Under the pieces are notes generated by a model. That model did no database searches, was not told where the DNA came from, and saw only the letters and a program-made list of their open reading frames with translations. Shown here piece after piece: positions 9,807 through 17,183 of a stretch of DNA of 29,482 nucleotides. Source of the stretch: a virus (taxonomy: Duplodnaviria > Caudoviricetes). Numbering within the stretch: the first letter of the stretch is position 1; each line of letters starts with the position of its first letter. Location of the stretch: the IMG/VR virus record IMGVR_UViG_3300040985_000384, positions 1 through 29,482 of that record. The stretch is one strand, 5' to 3'. Made by a program: the position numbers and the translations under genes.

Positions 9807-10028
9807 ATGGATGTATATATAGATGGGATGACCCAAAGAGATGCGATGGAGGCCCAGCATGAACTGCAACTTCTTGACTTCACCGTCAGTTGGTTTTACG
9901 AAGATGATGCCAGTTGGCTCACAATGGTTGTTGAGGATATAGACAATGTTCCGTTCCATCTTGATGGCGTAATCGACATCTTTATAGACGACTGGGAGGC
10001 AAGGGGATTTGAAGTAACTTACTCATAA
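9807..10028 (+). CDS. Cassette 2, small acidic protein (73 aa)
   Basis: Repeat-bounded; 18 D/E, 2 R, 0 K. Confidence 0.85.
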   Translation: MDVYIDGMTQRDAMEAQHELQLLDFTVSWFYEDDASWLTMVVEDIDNVPFHLDGVIDIFIDDWEARGFEVTYS

Positions 10029-10039
10029 CCAACAGAGAT

Positions 10040-10315
10040 ATGAATGAACACGAGCTAATAGATTTGATTGTCGAGTGGCTAGTTGACAACACGCAACACA
10101 TCGTACACAATCAGGCGGTTGGAAATTGGGAGCTGATAGAATTTGATGATTCTTACTTAGAAATTTTAGTTTACGATTTGTCATACGACGAAGAAAACGC
10201 CGTCTATGATTTTGAAAGAAAATTCAATCGAGATTACGCAGGTGAGTGGGAGATGGAAATAAGCCCCGAATCAAACTATACGCGTCACACGATTGTTTGT
10301 CGGAGGGCATACTAA
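10040..10315 (+). CDS. Cassette 3, small acidic protein (91 aa)
   Basis: Repeat-bounded ORF. Confidence 0.85.
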   Translation: MNEHELIDLIVEWLVDNTQHIVHNQAVGNWELIEFDDSYLEILVYDLSYDEENAVYDFERKFNRDYAGEWEMEISPESNYTRHTIVCRRAY

Positions 10316-10326
10316 CCAACAGAGAT

Positions 10327-10569
10327 ATGGTACAGATTAACGATATGATTCACGACCTTGAAAGCGAGGGGTATGAAGTTCTTGATTACGGACAAACATT
10401 GCACGTTTATGTTTATGATACGGTGAGTCCCGGCCCGGGTGGAATTTACTATATGATGCCTAACGAAAATATGGCAGACGACATTTACGATATTGCTTCA
10501 ATGTATGCTTCAGTCCATGTGGAAATTGACCGTCAAAGCAGAGTCGTTTTAGTAGAGGTGTTAAGCTAA
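10327..10569 (+). CDS. Cassette 4, small acidic protein (80 aa, MVQINDMIHD...)
   Basis: Repeat ATG at 10327 preferred over the ORF-track start at 10246. Confidence 0.8.
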   Translation: MVQINDMIHDLESEGYEVLDYGQTLHVYVYDTVSPGPGGIYYMMPNENMADDIYDIASMYASVHVEIDRQSRVVLVEVLS

Positions 10570-10580
10570 CCAACAGAGAT

Positions 10581-10790
10581 ATGGAATTTAGATACTATTT
10601 AGAATACGCCGAAGCTGATGAGCAGCGCGTTATGGATTTTATGAGCAGGGTGTACGATTACCCAAGCGAATACGAATACGATTATGAAATGGGTACGTTA
10701 ATCATTTACACTAACGTAGAGCCTGTTTCACTCGAAGAAGACATTTTTGCTTCTACTTCGCTGTATGCTGTTAATTACGGCAGAGCCTAA
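10581..10790 (+). CDS. Cassette 5, small acidic Tyr-rich protein (69 aa)
   Basis: Repeat-bounded; 15 D/E, 11 Y, 0 K. Confidence 0.85.
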   Translation: MEFRYYLEYAEADEQRVMDFMSRVYDYPSEYEYDYEMGTLIIYTNVEPVSLEEDIFASTSLYAVNYGRA

Positions 10791-10801
10791 ACAACAGAGA
10801 T

Positions 10802-11038
10802 ATGAGTTTTATTGACGAATTAGTTTACGAGTACGAGAGAGGGGGAGGAGTAATTGTCGGTCGGATTGAAGAGTCGTCTCGTGGAACTGTCATTGAAATT
10901 TTAGACCCCAACGGGATGAGCGTTTCATATTTTGAGGATATGGCATACGACGCTGCTGAGTTTCTTGGGGTAGATTTAAGACCTCATATTAAATGGGATG
11001 TTTTGTCAGGAGAAGTGTTAGAGGTAGTAATTAGATAA
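10802..11038 (+). CDS. Cassette 6, small acidic protein (78 aa)
   Basis: Repeat-bounded ORF. Confidence 0.85.
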   Translation: MSFIDELVYEYERGGGVIVGRIEESSRGTVIEILDPNGMSVSYFEDMAYDAAEFLGVDLRPHIKWDVLSGEVLEVVIR

Positions 11039-11049
11039 CCAACAGAGAT

Positions 11050-11331
11050 ATGAGAGGATATAGTTTAAGTCGGGCTTCAGATGAACTTCATGCTTTGGTG
11101 GAGGAATGGTATGGTAAAATTAGTATTACAGAATACGGTGATGTTTATGACCCGTCAGGGATTTGGGAGTCCTTTATGAACTGGGACGAGCGCATAAACG
11201 ACCCTAGCTTCACCCGTCAATTATATGACCGTGACTTGTTGTGCGACCCTGAGTGGATGAGCTGGTTCGTTGATAACGGTGGAGACGTAGATGAGTTTGA
11301 GCGTAAGCACGGGGATTTGAATTGTTACTAA
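11050..11331 (+). CDS. Cassette 7, small acidic Trp-rich protein (93 aa)
   Basis: Repeat-bounded ORF. Confidence 0.85.
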   Translation: MRGYSLSRASDELHALVEEWYGKISITEYGDVYDPSGIWESFMNWDERINDPSFTRQLYDRDLLCDPEWMSWFVDNGGDVDEFERKHGDLNCY

Positions 11332-11343
11332 CCCTCAGAGAAC

Positions 11344-11556
11344 GTGAAGCAAGTTGACATCTATATACCTATGCGGGATTCTGACCGCTTCGATGAGTTC
11401 ATATCGGACAACGGAATCGAGTGGTATTATGAGTCAGGCCACGTTGATGCGTCTATGCGAAAGTGGCGAACCATCCCGTTGAGCGAGTCTGAGATTGCCG
11501 AACTTTTTGACAGTCTCGATTACGAGTTTGAGGACTTTGAATTTCACCCCTTCTAA
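11344..11556 (+). CDS. Cassette 8, small acidic protein (70 aa, GTG start)
   Basis: Follows the degenerate repeat; TAATG-coupled to next gene. Confidence 0.75.
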   Translation: MKQVDIYIPMRDSDRFDEFISDNGIEWYYESGHVDASMRKWRTIPLSESEIAELFDSLDYEFEDFEFHPF

Positions 11557-11819
11557 TGAATCCACTAATCAGTAGAATTTGGGATGTGTGGACGAACACT
11601 CCACAGACCGAGCTTTTCAATATCATTGACGAGTTCAGGCTAGACTATGCGCTGGACGACACATGGAATCACGCTCTAGACATCATCGAGGAGGCAATCC
11701 TCAAGGAAGAGTACGACCGTGCTGAGGTGATTTTCCACGAGATGCGCCCACCCTACCTACGGCAACTAGACTACGATGTGTTCATGGAAACGCTAGATAC
11801 GGCCCGCTGGGACTATTAA
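11556..11819 (+). CDS. Small acidic helical protein (last gene of island, 87 aa)
   Basis: Same composition bias; not preceded by a repeat. Confidence 0.75.
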   Translation: MNPLISRIWDVWTNTPQTELFNIIDEFRLDYALDDTWNHALDIIEEAILKEEYDRAEVIFHEMRPPYLRQLDYDVFMETLDTARWDY

Positions 11820-11829
11820 AGGAAACACC

Positions 11830-11843
11830 TTATATATATTAGT
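11830..11843 (+). promoter_or_regulatory. Putative late promoter TTATATATATTAGT abutting the scaffold ATG
   Basis: Shared motif, preceded by AAACACC. Confidence 0.5.
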
Positions 11844-12374
11844 ATGGCAAACAGAAAGTTTGAAGAAGAGGTTGTTGAGGAAGAGACAACCGTAACCGAA
11901 GAAACCGTGGAAGAAGCCCCCGACTCCCACGAAGCATTTGTAACAATTTTAGTTGACATGGGGTTGTCAGCAGAACAAGCTGAGGCAGTGCATTCAATGG
12001 CAATGGACTTGATAGATGCAGGCAGCAGCGAAGAAACCACTACTGAAGTGAAAGAAGAAGTAAAAGTAGAAGCGAGCCGTCAACGCGGTCGTCGCTCACG
12101 CCCTACTCGCGGTCGTCGTTCTGAGTTTGCTCGTTCTGAGCGTTCAGGTCGTCGTGAGATGAGTCAGGAAGAATTAGACGCTCGCAGAATGCGCCGTCTA
12201 CGTCGTCAAAATGTAGAGATGCGTAAGCAACTACAAGAGCTGGGAGCATCACCTGCTGCTGGCCCATTGCGTAATGCTCCAAACGTGAAGCAAGAGAACT
12301 TCTCTGCGCCGAATAAGAACCTCTCTAAAGGCACATCGGCTGCTTTAGAAATGATTAACAACTACGGGAAATAA
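11844..12374 (+). CDS. Capsid scaffolding protein
   Basis: E-rich N-terminal half, Arg-rich segment, coiled coil and PAAGPL tail; immediately upstream of MCP. Confidence 0.65.
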   Translation: MANRKFEEEVVEEETTVTEETVEEAPDSHEAFVTILVDMGLSAEQAEAVHSMAMDLIDAGSSEETTTEVKEEVKVEASRQRGRRSRPTRGRRSEFARSERSGRREMSQEELDARRMRRLRRQNVEMRKQLQELGASPAAGPLRNAPNVKQENFSAPNKNLSKGTSAALEMINNYGK

Positions 12375-13432
12375 TGAGTTTTCAATTAGAACAAACATCT
12401 CGCGGCCTACGTCGTCGCAAATTCTATGATGCTGGTGAAGGGCCGGGTGTCAGCGCAAATAGTTATGCGGGTGTCCAAGCTCTGCCTTATGTAACTCCAG
12501 CCCTCAAGCTGGCCGACACCTTGAATAAGGGTTTCGTCCGTCAAATCGACGGCATCCAAAACAAGGCTGTTATTTCCAACTTTAGCTCAACGGCTAACAT
12601 CCAAGACGCGAACTGCGATTGGGCAGATGGTACTAATGTAACTCTCGGCGAGCGCGTTCTTACGCTTACTGACCTAGCAGTTATGGAGGCTCTCTGTCGT
12701 GGCACTCTCCTCCCAACGTGGGCAGGCATGACTGGTGCGCGGGAGACTATGACTGCTGGCTCACCTGAGTTTGTAAACTTCGCTATGGCTACCATTGCTG
12801 GTACTTGCGCTCAGGGTGTAGAAGTGGGCATTTGGCAGGGGATTGATTTAACGGCCAATGTTGTTGGATTCCTTTCTGATGTTGGTTCTTTAACTGCCGC
12901 AGGATACGCGGCTTCAGTGCTTGGTACAGCTACTGGGGTTAATGAAATTGATGTCGTTTCGACTGGTTTCGATGCTGCTGCTAGTGCTATTGTAGGAGCA
13001 ACAGGTGCGTTTAATGCCGTGTATGAAGGCGCATTAACTAACTGCCCTGCTGTTCTCAACCGCACAGACATTGCTTACTACTGCTCTCCAAAGACAGCAG
13101 GAGCATATATGCTCGGACTTGCAATTTCAGGAGCACATCAAGGTGTCAATATGCAGTCAACCGACCAAGCATTCGACACCTTGCAGTACCTCGGTATTCC
13201 TATCCATGTATGCCCCGGTATGCCGGACAATGCCTTGATTCTGACATACGAGGAAAATCTCGTTGTTGGTTCTAACCTCAACACGGACTACACCTCGGCT
13301 CAGTATATTGACAGTTGGGCTTATGATGGTTCTGACCAAGTTAAAATTGCTTTGCGGTTTGGACTCGGAATGCAGGTTGGCGTTCCAAATGACGTTGTTG
13401 TTGGTTGCTTTGAGGACATCTTCCCCGTCTAA
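12374..13432 (+). CDS. Major capsid protein
   Basis: 352 aa following protease and scaffold; IWQG and YLGIPI..PGM..N motifs typical of HK97-fold MCPs. Confidence 0.85.
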   Translation: MSFQLEQTSRGLRRRKFYDAGEGPGVSANSYAGVQALPYVTPALKLADTLNKGFVRQIDGIQNKAVISNFSSTANIQDANCDWADGTNVTLGERVLTLTDLAVMEALCRGTLLPTWAGMTGARETMTAGSPEFVNFAMATIAGTCAQGVEVGIWQGIDLTANVVGFLSDVGSLTAAGYAASVLGTATGVNEIDVVSTGFDAAASAIVGATGAFNAVYEGALTNCPAVLNRTDIAYYCSPKTAGAYMLGLAISGAHQGVNMQSTDQAFDTLQYLGIPIHVCPGMPDNALILTYEENLVVGSNLNTDYTSAQYIDSWAYDGSDQVKIALRFGLGMQVGVPNDVVVGCFEDIFPV

Positions 13433-13455
13433 TTTTAACCCCTAATCTCTAATAG

Positions 13456-14025
13456 ATGTCTAATTGCGATATTTCTTCAGGACGGCTCGTTGACTGCAAA
13501 GACTCCCTCGGAGGAATCAAAGCCGTCTACATTGGCAACTATGAGGATATGCTTGTTCAGGCAGGTTGGGTAGTGGCGGCTGACATAGTTACAGCTATTG
13601 CTACGGCAGGTCAGACTTTTTTCGAGTTTGAGCTTCGGCCTGAGTTGTCGAGCATGACGGTTAACTACATGGCTGACGCGGCGAGTGGTACTACATTTTT
13701 TGAGCAAACGTGTTCTTTGACGTTTCAGAAATTGGAGTCTACGGACATCGCTGATATTCGTGAGTTGTGTGAGGGTCGCCCCAACATTTGGATTCTCGAC
13801 CGCAACGACAATGTTTGGTTGCTAGGCGCAGAAAACGGATGTCACGTTACAGGCGGAAGCATAGTAACTGGAGTCGGGTACGCTGATATGAATGGTTACA
13901 CCATTGACTTCACAGCCCGCGAGCAGAACCCGCTATTCATGGGGTCTGCGCCGGGTGGTACTCCTTCTGCTGCTAACTGGCCGCTGGACAATGTTACCAA
14001 CGCTGTGGTTACAGTCGCTTCGTAA
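13456..14025 (+). CDS. Major tail (tube) protein
   Basis: CKDSLGGIKAVY, GTTFFEQ and G...DMNGYT motifs of tail-tube type; followed by a terminator. Confidence 0.7.
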   Translation: MSNCDISSGRLVDCKDSLGGIKAVYIGNYEDMLVQAGWVVAADIVTAIATAGQTFFEFELRPELSSMTVNYMADAASGTTFFEQTCSLTFQKLESTDIADIRELCEGRPNIWILDRNDNVWLLGAENGCHVTGGSIVTGVGYADMNGYTIDFTAREQNPLFMGSAPGGTPSAANWPLDNVTNAVVTVAS

Positions 14026-14046
14026 CGGCTCTATATATATTTTTGG

Positions 14047-14076
14047 AAAGGGGATGGCTGTGGCTGTCCCCTTTTT
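14047..14076 (+). terminator. Rho-independent terminator
   Basis: AAAGGGGATGGC-tgtg-GCTGTCCCCTTTTT hairpin plus U tract. Confidence 0.8.
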
Positions 14077-14099
14077 GCTTAGAGCCATTTAGGGATTAC

Positions 14100-14113
14100 T
14101 TATATATAGTAGT
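14100..14113 (+). promoter_or_regulatory. Putative late promoter TTATATATAGTAGT
   Basis: Directly after the terminator and abutting GTG 14114. Confidence 0.55.
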
Positions 14114-14497
14114 GTGATACAGATATTCAACACCAACACGGCGCAGAACTTGTACCTAAAGCTAGATGGGTATAGCTCCACATCTACTACTGTGCAGCTC
14201 GATATTACTTTCACGAATCAGCTAACTAATAAGGCCACGGAATTTGAGGATGTCGCGGTAACTTCAACAAACGGACGCTACCAAAAGATGTCAATAACTC
14301 CACCAGCAGAAAGTGTTCCACTCGATACCTCGGCAATGGTAGAGGGGCTTTATCTTGTGACCTTTAAGAGTACAGACGGAACGGTCACCTATGCCACTCG
14401 CTTGGCTTTTGTTTCCAACGCTACTCCATTCAGTGAATCCACATACACTCCATACACGGCTGGTGACACCACTCCCTACAACGTCTTTACGCCATGA
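14114..14497 (+). CDS. Small virion structural protein (possible head closure)
   Basis: 127 aa T-rich beta protein upstream of portal. Confidence 0.5.
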   Translation: MIQIFNTNTAQNLYLKLDGYSSTSTTVQLDITFTNQLTNKATEFEDVAVTSTNGRYQKMSITPPAESVPLDTSAMVEGLYLVTFKSTDGTVTYATRLAFVSNATPFSESTYTPYTAGDTTPYNVFTP

Positions 14498-16584
14498 ATA
14501 AGAAATTCTTAAACGTGCTGAACTACAACAGCAGCGTTACACCCCAGTTTAAGGAAAGTCAGAACCACGAGTGGATTGACATGGGCGTAGACAATATGTA
14601 CCCGCACTACCTAGAGGAACTCTTTTCCAGCTCCAGTATTCATAGCGCGGTCATCAACGGCGTAGCCCAAATGATTTACGGGGAGGGGCTGGATGCTCCC
14701 AACAAAGACGACAACGTAGAGCAGTGGCTCAAGGTCAACGAAATCTTTAGCGACAAGGACGCGCTGAAGCGTTGTGCGCTCGACCTCAAGCTCTATGGTA
14801 ATTGCTACTTCAATATTATTTGGAGTCAGGACAGGGCCACCATTAGCAAAGTCCACCATGTTCCTGCGGCCACCGTTCGGTGTGGCGTGGCTGACGACGA
14901 AGACAAAGTTCCCATCTTCTACCACAAATCCAACTGGACAGACAACAACAAGCCCCAAGCTATTCCCGCCTTCAGCACATCGGACAGGACGGCGGCTAGT
15001 CAGCTCTTGCACATCAAGATGTACAACCCGCTGAGTTTTTACTACGGGTTGCCTGATTACATCGGAAGCCAAAACTATGTTGAGGTAGACGCGGCTCTAG
15101 GAGAATACCACTTGAACTCCATCAATAACGGTTTTTTCCCATCGACTATCCTTTCGTTTAACGACGGAGTGCCAACACAGGAGGAACGTGCAGAATTGGA
15201 AAGACTCATTTACAACAAGTTCGGGTCAGCGTCAAACGCAGGGAAAATCCTGATGACGTTCAACGACTCTACGGAGAACGCACCGACGGTTGAGAGTTTC
15301 AATATCAGCGATGCCCACCAAGTTTTTGACTACCTCAGTCGAGAGGTGGTGGTGAAAATATTGTCGGGACACAGGGTCACTTCTCCCCTGCTTTTTGGCA
15401 TACGAAACGAGGGTGGCGGCTTCGGCTCGAATGCAGACGAAATGAAGGACGCTTACGACCTTTTCTACAACACTGTGGTACTCCCTATGCAGAGTCTCAT
15501 TTTAGACGGCTTAAGGCCCGTCTTTGCGGCTTCAGGGGTAACTCTAGATTTGTTCTTCAACCCGCTAAAGCCTGCATCCTTTATTTCGGTGGATAATCTG
15601 TTTGGCCCAGCGCGGGGAGCTGACACTTCTTCAAAGGATGCTTCGTACAACGGCTCGCAAATTTCGTCGGCTATTGATGTGCTGGCGAAGGTCACCGAGG
15701 GAATTTTAACAGAAGAGCAGGCCAAAGTTTTCTTGGTTCAAATGTTGCAGTTTACGCCTGAAGTGGCTGATGCCCTATTTACTCAGGGGGTCGATGCAAT
15801 CGCACAGGTAAAGGAAGAAGAGATAGACAAAGAGGCTATTGCTGAGACTCAGTTGAGCAAAGCCCCGGAGCGAATCAGCAAGGAGCAGGGCGCGGCGTGG
15901 CTCGCTCACCTGTCCGAGCGCAACTCACCACCACCTGAAGGGTATCGCCTTTGGAAAGTCGAGGATGTAAACGACACTGGAGAGGACAAGATTCTACACT
16001 CCTACAAGAAGATGCACCGCGCATTTGACAAGGTTGGAAATCCGGGGGACTACGCAGACTATGATAAGTCAACCTCCGAGACAATCGGCTATGGAGACAG
16101 CAACGACATGGGCTTCGATGTGATAAGCCCAAAGGGGTACTTATTCGCCGTTCGTTATTCTTACGCTGAGACAGCTAAGACACCTCCCGAAGACCCGAAC
16201 TACAAGAGCCGAGAGTTCTGTGACATTATGATGGACTTGTCCGATAGCGGCGCGATGTATCGTTACGAGGATATTATGTTCATGTCAGAGAATGGAGTCA
16301 ATGAAAGTTTCGCCCCAGCGGGGGAGAACGAGTACGACATCTTGAAGTGGAAAGGCGGGTGCTTTTGCCGTCACGGATTCAAGCGGAACATATTCATATA
16401 CGCCCCTGAAGGGGAGGTCTTCGAGTTTAGCGAAGAGGAGAACGTGCAGATTGACGGAGACTTCGATGCGGTCATGCGCCGCGTAGGGGATAACCCGTAT
16501 GTAGTGGATGAGGGATATGAAGATGTTGCACCCATCGATACGCCCAGTCGCGGCTCACTAAAATATCCTAACCCAGTAAACTGA
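14494..16584 (+). CDS. Portal protein with C-terminal extension (MuF/minor-head-like Cys/His domain)
   Basis: SSIHSAVI, YYGLPDY, NGFFPS and ILSGHRVTSPLLFGI portal motifs; C-terminal SREFC...KGGCFCRH. Confidence 0.85.
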   Translation: MNKKFLNVLNYNSSVTPQFKESQNHEWIDMGVDNMYPHYLEELFSSSSIHSAVINGVAQMIYGEGLDAPNKDDNVEQWLKVNEIFSDKDALKRCALDLKLYGNCYFNIIWSQDRATISKVHHVPAATVRCGVADDEDKVPIFYHKSNWTDNNKPQAIPAFSTSDRTAASQLLHIKMYNPLSFYYGLPDYIGSQNYVEVDAALGEYHLNSINNGFFPSTILSFNDGVPTQEERAELERLIYNKFGSASNAGKILMTFNDSTENAPTVESFNISDAHQVFDYLSREVVVKILSGHRVTSPLLFGIRNEGGGFGSNADEMKDAYDLFYNTVVLPMQSLILDGLRPVFAASGVTLDLFFNPLKPASFISVDNLFGPARGADTSSKDASYNGSQISSAIDVLAKVTEGILTEEQAKVFLVQMLQFTPEVADALFTQGVDAIAQVKEEEIDKEAIAETQLSKAPERISKEQGAAWLAHLSERNSPPPEGYRLWKVEDVNDTGEDKILHSYKKMHRAFDKVGNPGDYADYDKSTSETIGYGDSNDMGFDVISPKGYLFAVRYSYAETAKTPPEDPNYKSREFCDIMMDLSDSGAMYRYEDIMFMSENGVNESFAPAGENEYDILKWKGGCFCRHGFKRNIFIYAPEGEVFEFSEEENVQIDGDFDAVMRRVGDNPYVVDEGYEDVAPIDTPSRGSLKYPNPVN

Positions 16585-17153
16585 TGGCAACTCTATATAT
16601 CTCAAGCTCCCTATTGAAGAGGGATACAGCACTCGGAAGCACAGTAGACGACAACTTGCTTCAGCCATACATCCGTATAGCTCAAGACAGGTGGATTCTT
16701 CCTGCTCTTGGAACTAATCTAGACACCTATCTCAAGGGGCAGATAGATGCCGACACGGTGACAGGCGCATACCTCACTCTCCTGACTGATTACATCCAGC
16801 CTGCATTGGTTCAACTTGCTTTTGCTGAGGTTGCCTACGTGGTGCGCTTACGATTTGCGAACAACTCTGTGGTGGTAAATTCCTCTGAGCAGGGAGGCGC
16901 AGCAAGCATGGCCGATATACGCAAAGTGGTTGAGCAATCCACGGAAATCGGGATGTTCTACCGCGAGCGTTTGATTGATTATCTTACTTTTAACTCGTCC
17001 GACTTCTCTCAATACACAACAAACACTGGTGCAGACCTCTCTCCCTCAAAACGTAACTACTTCGGAGGACTCAACGTCTATCCAAGAATCACCACCGACA
17101 ACCAGCTCAAGGCGTTCGCGTCAGCCATCGGAGTCAAATACTTCAACGCCTAA
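16584..17153 (+). CDS. Head-tail adaptor (connector)
   Basis: Helical 189 aa after portal; PYIRIAQD..I.PALGT.L motif. Confidence 0.65.
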   Translation: MATLYISSSLLKRDTALGSTVDDNLLQPYIRIAQDRWILPALGTNLDTYLKGQIDADTVTGAYLTLLTDYIQPALVQLAFAEVAYVVRLRFANNSVVVNSSEQGGAASMADIRKVVEQSTEIGMFYRERLIDYLTFNSSDFSQYTTNTGADLSPSKRNYFGGLNVYPRITTDNQLKAFASAIGVKYFNA

Positions 17154-17183
17154 CGCCTTGAAGCTACAAATCTATTTAGAGAA

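Larger units (their letters stand above)
9539..11346 (+). repeat. Array of 17-bp intergenic repeats TAACCAACAGAGATATG (stop + 11 nt + start)
   Basis: Copies at 9539, 9793 (1 mismatch), 10026, 10313, 10567, 10788 (1 mismatch) and 11036; degenerate copy at 11329 (TAACCCTCAGAGAACGTG). Confidence 0.97.

Noticed and set aside
9526-11331. Cassettes fused into one polyprotein by readthrough or frameshift
   Set aside because: Stop and next ATG are out of frame in seven of eight junctions and no conserved slippery heptamer precedes them; not excluded but unsupported
9539-11346. Array as a CRISPR locus
   Set aside because: Repeats are only 17 bp and non-palindromic, the intervals are 221-293 bp complete ORFs, and there are no cas genes
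9539-11346. Array as integron attC cassettes
   Set aside because: TAAC resembles the inverse-core end, but there is no RYYYAAC/GTTRRRY pair, no 57-141 bp hairpin and no tyrosine integrase
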